IMG/VR virus record: IMGVR_UViG_3300028844_001691
Span: 14,997-78,996 of that record
DNA from: a virus
Length of the DNA: 64,000 nucleotides
Direction: 5' to 3' (one strand)
The notes beneath the pieces were generated by a model. That model was not told the DNA's origin, ran no database searches, and saw only the letters and a list, made by a program, of their open reading frames with translations. Both the position numbers and the translations under genes were made by a program. Below are positions 9,688 to 19,497 of this stretch, piece by piece. Numbering within the stretch: the stretch's first letter is position 1; the number at the start of each line of letters is the position of its first letter.

Positions 9688-10318
9688 TAAGTAATGTGCC
9701 TTCCTCATAACGTTGTTTCACTGCTTCAAAAGTTTCCCAAGCACATTTAATTCTAAACATTACTCTGAATTCTTTTATCTCATCAACACTATGTAAAACT
9801 TTACCATTTAGTACATTAGGTACAGTATGATCATATTCATATTCGTAATCTAATTCTGTTTCAATATCTCTGTCTGCATCAGTTCCTTTCCAAAACTTTA
9901 TACTATTAAATCCTGTATCAGGAACTAATGGAAAGAATAAGTTCCAATGCATTTCTCTATCAATATGTTTTTTAAATACAAACCCTGGTTCATATGTCAT
10001 AAATGTACAATCGATTGGCTGTGGTGTTTTTTTAATATGTTTAGTGTTCCCGTTTTTATCTTCTTTAATTAAATCTGCCCAATTAATTTGTTTTATGATA
10101 TTTTGTACTGCTGGATATTCAATAAGTTCCTTGCCTTCGTAGTATGGTGCATAAATGGCTCCAAGTCCGTTATCTCCTCTAGGTTGATTACCGAAATTTG
10201 GATTATATAATTTTTTGTAATCGTTCCATGGAACTTTACAATCTTTTAACTTATCGTATAAGTCTAACAAAGGTTGTTTATCGTATTTCATTTCTTTAAT
10301 TGTAAAATGGTGTTGCAT
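9674..10318 (-). CDS. 2OG-Fe(II) oxygenase-like protein
   Basis: HID...LHSV...R facial-triad pattern. Confidence 0.6.
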   Translation of the reverse strand: MQHHFTIKEMKYDKQPLLDLYDKLKDCKVPWNDYKKLYNPNFGNQPRGDNGLGAIYAPYYEGKELIEYPAVQNIIKQINWADLIKEDKNGNTKHIKKTPQPIDCTFMTYEPGFVFKKHIDREMHWNLFFPLVPDTGFNSIKFWKGTDADRDIETELDYEYEYDHTVPNVLNGKVLHSVDEIKEFRVMFRIKCAWETFEAVKQRYEEGTLLNVSN

Positions 10319-10319
10319 T

Positions 10320-10721
10320 CTATAACCTTTCAATCTTGCTCTGTATTACTCCTATAAGATTAGAAAGACCATTACGTCTTTGAGGAGTAACTAGTTGTAT
10401 AAATCCCAGTGGTTGTAAATCTTCAGCAGTTAATTTCATTGCTTCTTCTTTAGTTGACCCAGTAAATATATCACAAATTATTGTTGTGATTCCTTTTGGT
10501 ATTAATGCATCACTATCGTAATATATGTTTATACCATTTTCTTTAAGTCCTACATCAACCCAAATTTTACTTATACAGCCTGGGACTAACCTATCTTCAG
10601 TTCGCAGTTCTTCTGGAAGTGTTGTCGCTCGTCGGGCGAGATCAACTAGATAAGACAGTTTCTCTTGTCCTTCTAAAAGTTGTAAGTCTTCAGCCCATGC
10701 ATTAATCTTTTTTTGTATCAT
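10320..10721 (-). CDS. sufE: Fe-S assembly sulfur acceptor SufE
   Basis: VPGCISKIW, DSDALIPKG, TPQRRNGL. Confidence 0.92.
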   Translation of the reverse strand: MIQKKINAWAEDLQLLEGQEKLSYLVDLARRATTLPEELRTEDRLVPGCISKIWVDVGLKENGINIYYDSDALIPKGITTIICDIFTGSTKEEAMKLTAEDLQPLGFIQLVTPQRRNGLSNLIGVIQSKIERL

Positions 10722-11061
10722 CTACTATTGGTCTTTCGAAAAATTCTTCCTCTTGCCAAGTATCATAAAATGGTGCTTGGGTATAATAAGGATCATTGAA
10801 GTTTGGGTCGTCTACACCTATTACACTTTTTACTTCTTTGATATAGTGTTTAAGCATATTCTCAACACCCATTTTAAGTGTCATTGTACTACTTGCACAT
10901 CCTGAACAACTTCCGCTCATAAGCATAGTTGCTAGTCCAGTTTCCATATCAAAATCTTCTAGTGATACAGTGCCACCATGTTGTGCAACATTAGGTTGAA
11001 TGTTTTGTTCCACTACTTGGTTTATTTCTTTTACTATTTCTTCTTTTGTTCTTTGAGTCAT
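10702..11061 (-). CDS. NifU C-terminal / NfuA-like Fe-S carrier
   Basis: IQPNVAQHGG, GSCSGCASSTMTLKMGVE; GAGG RBS before ATG 11061. Confidence 0.92.
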   Translation of the reverse strand: MTQRTKEEIVKEINQVVEQNIQPNVAQHGGTVSLEDFDMETGLATMLMSGSCSGCASSTMTLKMGVENMLKHYIKEVKSVIGVDDPNFNDPYYTQAPFYDTWQEEEFFERPIVDDTKKD

Positions 11062-11212
11062 TTGCTTTGCCTCTGTTTTTAGATGTATTCTCTTTGTGTG
11101 GCACAGGTTCAGTTGCACCAGTTAGTTTTTTGAGCCTAGTAAATGCATCTTCATCCATGCCTGCGAAAATCCCTCTTGGGTTTCTCGGTTGTTTGTTTTG
11201 TTTGTTTTTCAT
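10991..11212 (-). CDS. small basic hypothetical protein
   Basis: Starts at the upstream stop (TAATG) but overlaps the Nfu gene by about 70 nt. Confidence 0.4.
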   Translation of the reverse strand: MKNKQNKQPRNPRGIFAGMDEDAFTRLKKLTGATEPVPHKENTSKNRGKANDSKNKRRNSKRNKPSSGTKHST

Positions 11213-12315
11213 TACTTCCTTTTTGGAATCTTACTGTCAGCACTGCTGACACAACTTGGGGAAATACAAGGCATAGGTTTATCAAATAATTTAAACCCTG
11301 TCTCTATATTTCCTAGTGGACTGTCACTGCAACTATAACTTCTCTTAATTGATCCATCGGGTTCTCTTATTATAATTCCTTGGAACCCTGCGTTACATTT
11401 CCAGCCTGTAAATTTGTTAAAATTAAACGCATTAAAGCGTTCTGCTTGATCCATGTACCATTTCTTGCCTTTATTATCTTCAAACTCAACTTGAAAATGT
11501 TGTGGTACTATGCCATTATCTAATTTCATTTCTGGTAAAGGCTTCCAGTTTGGCTTAGGTCTACTTACATATTTATTTTTTTGTTCTGTATAAGCACGTT
11601 GTGGCATATCATTATACAACTTTTGCTTCATTTCTTCTGTATAACCGTCTACTACTCTACTTGCCGTTGGATCACTTTGCGGCTTTAGTGTTACGTTAAT
11701 ATTTTGATTATGAAAGAACAATGCATTCTCATAATACTCGTCAAACTTTTCAGGTACCATAACCATATTAATTGTTACTTGTACATCATGTTCTTGACAT
11801 AGTATTAACTTATCTGCAAGGTCCTGCATTTTCTCAGGTGTATCAACGTGTTCAACGTGTAAACTACAAGTAATACTAGCACGGTGAAACTTACTTGCAT
11901 AGTCGCAGTATGTTTGAAACCATTTCTTATTACGACTACAATTACTAGTCATATGTACACTTGTATAATTTGTGTTGTGTGTATCGTCACTTAAATGTTT
12001 AAGTATATCTAAATAGCCAGGATGAAATGTTGGTTCACCTCCACTTAAACTAAAATGAAAACTATTGAAACCATTATCTCTTGCTTGTCTTTTGATCTCA
12101 TCAATAGTTCGTAAACATAATTCAGTTGGGCGATGATCTTTTCTATCACTACGAGCATAGGGCCAGCAATAACTACATTTGTAATTACAGAAGCGTCCTA
12201 GCAACCAACTTACAGTAAATATATCTCTATGAAGTAAAGTACGTTGTCCTACACTGACTATATCGTCATAGGGTATAGCACTAAAATCGTATGCACTTGT
12301 TTTTAAATCACTCAT
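11212..12315 (-). CDS. radical SAM enzyme with C-terminal Twitch/SPASM-like Cys domain
   Basis: CNYKCSYC, SGGEPT, C-terminal CNAG...DG...SC...GNI...C...C. Confidence 0.92.
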   Translation of the reverse strand: MSDLKTSAYDFSAIPYDDIVSVGQRTLLHRDIFTVSWLLGRFCNYKCSYCWPYARSDRKDHRPTELCLRTIDEIKRQARDNGFNSFHFSLSGGEPTFHPGYLDILKHLSDDTHNTNYTSVHMTSNCSRNKKWFQTYCDYASKFHRASITCSLHVEHVDTPEKMQDLADKLILCQEHDVQVTINMVMVPEKFDEYYENALFFHNQNINVTLKPQSDPTASRVVDGYTEEMKQKLYNDMPQRAYTEQKNKYVSRPKPNWKPLPEMKLDNGIVPQHFQVEFEDNKGKKWYMDQAERFNAFNFNKFTGWKCNAGFQGIIIREPDGSIKRSYSCSDSPLGNIETGFKLFDKPMPCISPSCVSSADSKIPKRK

Positions 12316-12457
12316 CTTTTATCTTTATATGTTGATAATCTATATACTGTGAACACCACTCATAAAAATGTTTATCTGTATCAGGCCAACACTCGGCAAA
12401 TACCGGATCTTTTCTGTGTTCTTTAAACTCTGCTCTTACTTCTTTTTCACTCAGCAT
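12308..12457 (-). CDS. 49-aa small protein (not in ORF track)
   Basis: MLSEKEVRAEFKEHRKDPVFAECWPDTDKHFYEWCSQYIDYQHIKIKDE; fills the gap and overlaps both neighbours. Confidence 0.65.
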   Translation of the reverse strand: MLSEKEVRAEFKEHRKDPVFAECWPDTDKHFYEWCSQYIDYQHIKIKDE

Positions 12458-12800
12458 CTAATCTACTTTTCTTTAAATTCTTAACCAATGCACCATAATT
12501 TGTATTATGCATTCTACTTTGTTTTGTTGTTTCATAAAATGGTTTGCTACACATTCTTGTACAAGCCGGCATTGGATTATTTGTAAAAGATTGTTCTATC
12601 ATATAACTTGCTTCACTACGATTAATTTCATCTAATGTTCCACTTGTGATATGAAGTTGTTCTAGTTTATCGCCAACTACTTTTTTTAGTTGTAAAAACT
12701 CAGGTTCGCCTGCTACATGACAACAAGGTACAATATATCCATCTACTCTCATAGCAGGTACTTGGTCATCTCTGTGTTTACACTTTGGAAAAATAGTCAT
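12447..12800 (-). CDS. stand-alone SPASM/Twitch-like Cys-rich protein
   Basis: PKC...DGYIVPCC...ACTRMC, matching the C-termini of the type-A radical SAM paralogs; AAGGAAG before TTGATG. Confidence 0.8.
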   Translation of the reverse strand: MTIFPKCKHRDDQVPAMRVDGYIVPCCHVAGEPEFLQLKKVVGDKLEQLHITSGTLDEINRSEASYMIEQSFTNNPMPACTRMCSKPFYETTKQSRMHNTNYGALVKNLKKSRLDAE

Positions 12801-13503
12801 CAACTTCCTTCTGAATAACAGTCCATTCTTTACTTTTTAATTGCATATGTTTTGGTGTTCTACCATCGCCTATAAATATTCGTAAAGTGTGAACATCTTG
12901 TTCTTGTGCAAATTTACACATATCTAAAGTTTGATGATAGTTGTGTTCAAAAATAATATGTCTTAAATCTATTTCTGCATCACTGTTATGATCCAACAAA
13001 CTTTGTTTTAAAGTTTTCATTCCCTCAATTATAGTATTCCATTTAGAGTTAACTCTGTAAATAGGATTAGTATCTTCTAATCCGTCTATAGCAAATTCAC
13101 ATCTGTCTCTGCCTTTTAGCACACTTCCTAAATGATGCCACCATTCTTTAGTGCGTCCACTTCCGTTTGTATGAATATTAATCCACGGACGTTTTTCTAA
13201 TGTATTCAAATGTTCTAATTGTTTTAGAAACACTCCGCTATATATAGGATCACCTAATACTAAACTAAAAGTTAAACGATGAATTTTATTCTCAGGTCTA
13301 ACCAAATGTTTAAAGTCTTGTAAACTCATGTCTGTTATATCGTACATAATAGAACTTTCACCTGACTTATACTTTGCCATAATTTTTGTTCTAGCACAAC
13401 CCGGACACATACAATTACATCTTGTAGTTGACTCCACTTGCATCCGTGTACCTTGTTCAAGGTAAACTGAATTATTAAGACCTTCGTAACCTTCTTTAAT
13501 CAT
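12778..13503 (-). CDS. radical SAM enzyme (type A, lacking a fused SPASM domain)
   Basis: CNCMCPGCAR, GDP, HTNGS, FAIDGLEDTNPIYR, IFEHN. Confidence 0.9.
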   Translation of the reverse strand: MIKEGYEGLNNSVYLEQGTRMQVESTTRCNCMCPGCARTKIMAKYKSGESSIMYDITDMSLQDFKHLVRPENKIHRLTFSLVLGDPIYSGVFLKQLEHLNTLEKRPWINIHTNGSGRTKEWWHHLGSVLKGRDRCEFAIDGLEDTNPIYRVNSKWNTIIEGMKTLKQSLLDHNSDAEIDLRHIIFEHNYHQTLDMCKFAQEQDVHTLRIFIGDGRTPKHMQLKSKEWTVIQKEVDDYFSKV

Positions 13504-14818
13504 TAAACAAATCTTTATATCTTGGTGCTACATCTAATATATTTTGACCTCTTGCTTTGTCTAAATACTTTGTAAACTTAACAAACGAATCTATTTCATT
13601 AGAATAGTCTTCTGATTTACAATATTGTAACACACTGTCTAGTATTTTGCAAGCCTTTTCTGATTGTAGTTCAGTAAATTCACCTTCATAAATCTTCTTC
13701 CATCCATTATAAAACGTCTCTAAATCTTCCTTTAATTTAGGAGTTAATAATCTAATATTAGCACGTTTAGGTCCGTGTGCTACATGGTGTGTGATCACTG
13801 GTCTCTTTTTTGTACTGTTTATTTTTTTCCAGCCACTGCCGGCAACTTTCCATTGCATAAACTCTGGTAAGTGCCATATGTTATTAACTGTAACAGTAAA
13901 GGCAACCCAAGCCATAATGTTTTTATTCTCTTGACAGAATAAATCCAACTTGTCTAGGTTCTTTTTTGCTTGTTCCCATTTAATTGGATAACGCTGATAT
14001 TCTAAAACTTTACCAAACCCGTCAATACTAGCACCAACTCTAACTTGTTTAAATGACTTCCAATATTCTAAAACTTTGTCTGGTAATGTTGTCATATTAG
14101 TATTGTATTCAAGTATAATGTTTTTAGCAACATCTTTCTTAACACACTTCTCTAAAAACTCATAATGGCGTTCAATCATCATAGGTTCGCCACCTGCCAT
14201 ATAAACGTGTTGTATTTTATCTAAATTCTTTTCTATATTGTTCCAAAAACTAGTAGAGCCATGCCAATTATAATCGTTAGTTTCTAATCTACCTTTAGCA
14301 TTACGATTAAGTTTAACATAACCGTGTGTATCTTGGAATCCTTCTTCTTTATGATAGTCAGTCCATTGTTCATACCAACTATGACTATCTGTTGGTCCAC
14401 ACATACGACACTGCAAATTACATAAGTTACCAAATCTTAAATCATAATAAACAACAGGTGCATCTTCAGTATTAATGCTTCCATCTTCTTTTGTAACTCG
14501 TTGTGCTTCTTTAAAATCAAAATCCCATTCAGATAATTCGTATTGACGTCTACTATTAAGTCCTACTTGTTCTTCTTGTTGACATCTTGTACATTCATCA
14601 CTCCAAACACCGTTAAGCATATTCTTTCTAACAGTTTTCATTAGTTCTGCATTACGAGCCTGTGCCATACTATGCTTACCTGCATTATAAGGACTACCAT
14701 CTTTATGTCTAACAACTCCTTGGTTCTTAGTCACATTGGCTTGACAACAGATTCGAATGTCTCCGTTATTTCTAACTGCTTGGAAGTTCCAAGGTATAGG
14801 GCAAAATGTTTTACTCAT
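13496..14818 (-). CDS. N-terminal Twitch-domain radical SAM enzyme (type B)
   Basis: FCPIPW...CC...CTRC, then DLRFGNLCNLQCRMC, GGEP, YNTN, SIDG, YQRYP. Confidence 0.93.
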   Translation of the reverse strand: MSKTFCPIPWNFQAVRNNGDIRICCQANVTKNQGVVRHKDGSPYNAGKHSMAQARNAELMKTVRKNMLNGVWSDECTRCQQEEQVGLNSRRQYELSEWDFDFKEAQRVTKEDGSINTEDAPVVYYDLRFGNLCNLQCRMCGPTDSHSWYEQWTDYHKEEGFQDTHGYVKLNRNAKGRLETNDYNWHGSTSFWNNIEKNLDKIQHVYMAGGEPMMIERHYEFLEKCVKKDVAKNIILEYNTNMTTLPDKVLEYWKSFKQVRVGASIDGFGKVLEYQRYPIKWEQAKKNLDKLDLFCQENKNIMAWVAFTVTVNNIWHLPEFMQWKVAGSGWKKINSTKKRPVITHHVAHGPKRANIRLLTPKLKEDLETFYNGWKKIYEGEFTELQSEKACKILDSVLQYCKSEDYSNEIDSFVKFTKYLDKARGQNILDVAPRYKDLFND

Positions 14819-16319
14819 TTATTTGTTCCTTAATATCCTTTGCAATATCAGGATATAATTCTTCAAAGTTTTCATCTCTACTTGCATCTAATATTTTTGT
14901 AATACGCATAAATTCAGGCAAAGCATCTGTTGTATCATTTGCATTCATAAAAGCAATCATATTGTCTAATCCTTTGCAGATTTCATTATATAAACTTTCT
15001 CTGCCGTGATCCCATTCTGTAATAATCTTTAAGTCTTTCCCTAAAACTGTTTGCATGGGTGCTTCTGCGTTCCTCATTTTATAATCTTCAGGCTTACTAT
15101 CAATCCAATTACGAAGCCAGCCTTCTTTCCATTGCTTAAAGTGTTCTTCAACTCTTTGTTTAGTTTTTTTAGGGAGAGAAGTTACACTATAATGAACTGG
15201 GTTATGCACTGGGTGGTATGTAAAACAAGGACTTTGCGAGTATCTATTAAACTTATAAAAGTTTTGTTCTAATATCCACTCTATTAAATCTGTTACATTT
15301 AACACATTTAATATTTGCCAAGTAAACGTAAGCCAACAATTTACATTGTTACTGCTTTCAGTATCTAACTTATGAATGTTCTTTGTTACTTGCTCCCACT
15401 TACTCGGATGTCTTATATAGTTATTTATCGGTCCAATAGCGTCTACACTTCCTCCAACATTTACTTGTTTGAAGTGTTTCCATTGATCTAATACACGTTG
15501 TGGAATGCTTGTAAAATTTGTATTGTAATCTAATTCCATGTTATGAGCAGTACCTGAATCAATATACTTTTGTAATAATTCAAAGTTCTGTTGAATAATT
15601 AATGGTTCACCTCCACTTATAAACATTTGCTTTAGTTCAGGTGCATCTTTTTGAAGTATGTCAGCAACATCTACACGCTCGGTCCATTGATAAGGATTGT
15701 CTCCTACAATCTTTGCTCTGCTTCCGTCCATTTCTAAAGCAACTCTGTGACCATAACTTTTAAATCCTGTATAGCCTGTTGTTTTCATCCATTCAGTATA
15801 CCATTGATGACTTTCAGTAGGTCCACACATTCTACATTTTAAGTTACAAGTATTATCCATTCTAATATCTAAATCTAACAAAGGATATTCTTTTGTATCT
15901 ATTGTTCCATCTTCTTTTGTGTTTGCTATTGCATCATCAACATCAAACTCATTCCAATAACGATTCATGTCAACCCAACGTCTACTCTGTGAGCCTGAAT
16001 CATCTTCTTTATTACATCTTGTGCAATGTTCACTTCGTTTACCAGCAATCATATCACGTCTAGTTTCTTTCATAATCTCACTATTACGAGCATCTGCTAA
16101 ACTTGTATCTTCAATACGCATTGTTTTATCGTCGCTATCTTTACAAACACCACGGACTTTTCTATTAGCCGCGGCTTGTACACACATACGATAATCACCG
16201 TTGTTGTTTATTCCTAAACTTAACCATGGAACAGGACAAAAGCCATTACAACCTTTGGCTTTTAATTCTTGTTCGTATTGTTGTGGATTATTATAATTGT
16301 TTCTGTCGAAGTGTTTCAT
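14811..16319 (-). CDS. N-terminal Twitch-domain radical SAM enzyme (type B)
   Basis: FCPVPW, CTRC, CNLKCRMC, SGGEP, YNTN, YIRHP. Confidence 0.93.
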   Translation of the reverse strand: MKHFDRNNYNNPQQYEQELKAKGCNGFCPVPWLSLGINNNGDYRMCVQAAANRKVRGVCKDSDDKTMRIEDTSLADARNSEIMKETRRDMIAGKRSEHCTRCNKEDDSGSQSRRWVDMNRYWNEFDVDDAIANTKEDGTIDTKEYPLLDLDIRMDNTCNLKCRMCGPTESHQWYTEWMKTTGYTGFKSYGHRVALEMDGSRAKIVGDNPYQWTERVDVADILQKDAPELKQMFISGGEPLIIQQNFELLQKYIDSGTAHNMELDYNTNFTSIPQRVLDQWKHFKQVNVGGSVDAIGPINNYIRHPSKWEQVTKNIHKLDTESSNNVNCWLTFTWQILNVLNVTDLIEWILEQNFYKFNRYSQSPCFTYHPVHNPVHYSVTSLPKKTKQRVEEHFKQWKEGWLRNWIDSKPEDYKMRNAEAPMQTVLGKDLKIITEWDHGRESLYNEICKGLDNMIAFMNANDTTDALPEFMRITKILDASRDENFEELYPDIAKDIKEQINE

Positions 16320-17520
16320 ATATTGGACTTAAATCATGGATATTTGTTTTTCTTATTTCATCGAGCCTATCGTTGTAGTCAAAGAATTCAGTTTTTAGAT
16401 TTTGTAACACAGTTTCATTATTTTTAAAAGGGTTACGTTGTGTATAGTATAAAAGTGAATTACAAATATCTGGTAAAATATCTTTGTTTTTTAATTCTTT
16501 AAGTTGTTCTGCTACAACAGTCTTAAATTCTTCAGTAAGGTTTCTAACTGTTATACGTCTAGGAGCAGTAGCATCAATTACATTAAAATCAAGTTGGACA
16601 TTATGTCTCCATTTTAGTTCATCTTGTAAATTTTTTAGTTCAGGTAACCAATCTTGTACTGTAAAACAAAGATACCAACTCCAAACAATATTAACACCCA
16701 TTCCAGAAATGTTTGGAATTAAGTTTGGCATTTTCAATATGTTTTCTCTTATCTTGTCCCAATTAGCATTTGTTCTAACATAGTTATATGTTGGTCCTGT
16801 ACCATCTAAACTTAATTGTATTTTACAATCTTTAAATTGTTTAACTGCTTTAACCCAATTAGGATTTACATTAGTTGCATTTGTTGTATAACGCAAGTGT
16901 AGATTCTTTGCGTAGTCGTTTGTTGTAACCCAGTCAAGTAATTTTTGTATTTGTGGATCGATTGTAGGTTCACCGCCTAATAATTTTAAAAACGATAAGT
17001 TTCTAAATGTGGTATCGTTTGCAATAGCAGGAAGTAAATCAGAATCTGTAACGTCTAAACTATCTTCTGTCCATCTTTTTAAATCTGGGTTGGCTATTGT
17101 TTCTTTTGCGATTAAACTACTATTACTCGGACTACACATTCTACATTTAAGGTTACATAAATTTCCTGGTCTGTAGTCTAACCATTTTAGGTTAAATTCA
17201 TCTGTATGTTCGTTGTACCATTCATGTGCATCTTGTTTTTTACCTAATATGTTTCTATTAAATGTTTTTCTATCAGATTCCATTCCTGCTTCTTGTTGTT
17301 CTTGACAAACTTTACATCCAGGATGCCATTTGCCGTTTTCAATCGATTTTCTAACACTTTTAACTATGTCACTATTAAAGTAATCTTCAGGACTTTCAGC
17401 AGATGTCCATGTATTAAAGACACAACACATTTTATATTTTTTTTGACTTTCTTTATAGTAAGAAGCCTGCCATGGAGCAATACAAAATACGTCGTGGTTA
17501 ACTGGAAATTTTTTAGCCAT
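16291..17520 (-). CDS. N-terminal Twitch-domain radical SAM enzyme (type B)
   Basis: FCIAPW, MCC, CKVC, CNLKCRMC, GGEP, TTNAT, SLDG. Confidence 0.93.
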   Translation of the reverse strand: MAKKFPVNHDVFCIAPWQASYYKESQKKYKMCCVFNTWTSAESPEDYFNSDIVKSVRKSIENGKWHPGCKVCQEQQEAGMESDRKTFNRNILGKKQDAHEWYNEHTDEFNLKWLDYRPGNLCNLKCRMCSPSNSSLIAKETIANPDLKRWTEDSLDVTDSDLLPAIANDTTFRNLSFLKLLGGEPTIDPQIQKLLDWVTTNDYAKNLHLRYTTNATNVNPNWVKAVKQFKDCKIQLSLDGTGPTYNYVRTNANWDKIRENILKMPNLIPNISGMGVNIVWSWYLCFTVQDWLPELKNLQDELKWRHNVQLDFNVIDATAPRRITVRNLTEEFKTVVAEQLKELKNKDILPDICNSLLYYTQRNPFKNNETVLQNLKTEFFDYNDRLDEIRKTNIHDLSPIYETLRQKQL

Positions 17521-18236
17521 TATTTTTTAACTGTCTTAAATATATCTGTTAACGGCGGATAGCCATAAACATTGTCTACATTATTTGGTATATAAGGTAT
17601 TCGTTGTTCTTTTCCTGTTCTAGGATCGTCATAATTGTATTTTACACCTGGATCTTTTCCATATCCAACACCCATAATAATTACAAATCTCATTGCACGT
17701 TCGTCTTCATCTAGTTTAAATACTTTTGATGCATATTCGTAATCACTACAAATGTTTTGACATATACCTGTTTGTATTCCTCTGTTTGCTAGAGCATACA
17801 TAAGTGTTACTGCCGCAATACCTACTTCAATGTTTTCAGTTTGTGTTTGTGCAACATCACTATGTTTTTTACCAGTTCCTTTACCGTCTAAATAAGCACG
17901 TGAAGTAGACTTGTCAAACATTCCTTCTCTGTCTGCAACCCATCTACTACAAAAGCCTATTAGCCAAGGTGCCAACACTTGTGGATTACCTCTGTCATTT
18001 TCTAATTCATCAGGCCCCCATTCGCCATTACGTTGACAAATAGTCATAATGTTTTTTCTTATTTCTGGATCATCATTACGCAACAGTTTTACTTGATATG
18101 GAAATTGTCTATTTTTTGAAGGTATGTGTTCTAATACTTCAGCAAATACATCATATAATTCTTCTTCAGTTGGTATTTTATCTTCTCTCCACGCAAAAGT
18201 TGTATGTCTTGCGTTAATTAAATCAAGCCATTCCAT
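17520..18236 (-). CDS. nitroreductase-family protein
   Basis: INARHTTFAW, IPSKNRQFPY, ALANRGIQTG, MGVGY. Confidence 0.7.
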   Translation of the reverse strand: MEWLDLINARHTTFAWREDKIPTEEELYDVFAEVLEHIPSKNRQFPYQVKLLRNDDPEIRKNIMTICQRNGEWGPDELENDRGNPQVLAPWLIGFCSRWVADREGMFDKSTSRAYLDGKGTGKKHSDVAQTQTENIEVGIAAVTLMYALANRGIQTGICQNICSDYEYASKVFKLDEDERAMRFVIIMGVGYGKDPGVKYNYDDPRTGKEQRIPYIPNNVDNVYGYPPLTDIFKTVKK

Positions 18237-19497
18237 TTATGTATCTCCTTAATTCAGGAACTAGTTCCAGTACATTTGTATTTCTAATCTTATCTAATGC
18301 GTTAGTATGTCTAACGTATCTAGACTTTTCTTTTTCTGTGTCTAACTCTTGTGTTAATTCGGTTTCTAAAGTAACTAAAGATGATAACACAGGATCGTTG
18401 TCTTTATAACGTTCCTTTAATGTATTTAACTTATTACTGATAAGTTTTTTATGGTCATTATCTAACCAACCTACACACAAGTACATAGGATCAACTAAAG
18501 GTAACAAACTTATGCCTTTGAACTTGTCTCCGCCATATGTTTTACCTAATTCATATAATTCAGGGAACCATTTGTCTATACTAAATGCATTTGTCACTTG
18601 CATAACACAATTAATACCTTGCCATTCTAAATTCTTTATTTTAAATATATCTTTAAAGTTTTCCACACACTTATCGTAGTTTGAATTTGTTCTTAAGTAA
18701 TTGTTTAACAACCCTGTACCATCAAAACTTGTGTTAATAGTTAATTTATTAAACTGTTCTAACAACGGCTGTAGTTTAATTGGATTGACTGTTCCGTTAG
18801 TAAGTAAGTGTAAATTAATACCTTTTGCATAACCCGAGTCGGCTACACGTTGTAACATTTTAATAACACGTTTGTCTACAAGTGTTTCACCTCCAGACAT
18901 CTTTAACCATTTAACATTTTCTAAATCAAAGTTACTTACAATATCAAAGTCATCACTTTCCCAATCGATAGCATTAACTGTTTCCATTTGTTTTTTACTT
19001 GTTGTGATAGTGTCCCAATACCATTCTTTGCCTTGTATCTCTGGATTGGCTAAAACTTCTTTTTCAATTTTATCACTCCAAACAGTATTACAACTTCTAC
19101 ATTTTAAATTACATAGTTTACCAGGACGTAAGTCTATGTCTAAAGGTTTATTGTGTTTATTACCTGTTACTGTATTCAATTCTAGTTCTTCAAAGTCTAA
19201 TTTATTCTCATAACGTTTGAGTAATTGTATTCTTTGACTTTGTTCTGTGTTGCCTTTTGCTTCGTGTTCTTTACAATACCAACAAGCCTTAGGAAATTCC
19301 TCTTTCATAAAAGACTCTCTAGTCTCTTGCATAAATTCTCCGTTCCAAAAGTCTTGAAATGTTTCTTGTAAAGGTTTTGTGCCATCAAATCTGCCAACAA
19401 TATCACTCATACAACAAAGTTTGTGTGCTCTGTTGTTTGCATTGATATACCCATGTACGAAAGGTGCTGGGCAAAAATTCTTTTTATTTTTAAGCAT
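18223..19497 (-). CDS. N-terminal Twitch-domain radical SAM enzyme (type B)
   Basis: FCPAPF, LCC, CWYC, CNLKCRSC, SGGET, LTNGT; likely start ATG 19497. Confidence 0.92.
   Translation of the reverse strand: MLKNKKNFCPAPFVHGYINANNRAHKLCCMSDIVGRFDGTKPLQETFQDFWNGEFMQETRESFMKEEFPKACWYCKEHEAKGNTEQSQRIQLLKRYENKLDFEELELNTVTGNKHNKPLDIDLRPGKLCNLKCRSCNTVWSDKIEKEVLANPEIQGKEWYWDTITTSKKQMETVNAIDWESDDFDIVSNFDLENVKWLKMSGGETLVDKRVIKMLQRVADSGYAKGINLHLLTNGTVNPIKLQPLLEQFNKLTINTSFDGTGLLNNYLRTNSNYDKCVENFKDIFKIKNLEWQGINCVMQVTNAFSIDKWFPELYELGKTYGGDKFKGISLLPLVDPMYLCVGWLDNDHKKLISNKLNTLKERYKDNDPVLSSLVTLETELTQELDTEKEKSRYVRHTNALDKIRNTNVLELVPELRRYINGMA

Noticed and set aside
11212-12315. Viperin-like antiviral enzyme (CNYKC motif)
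   Set aside because: Only the generic cluster motif resembles viperin. The C-terminal Cys-rich Twitch-like domain and the flanking residues do not fit, so no call without a profile search.
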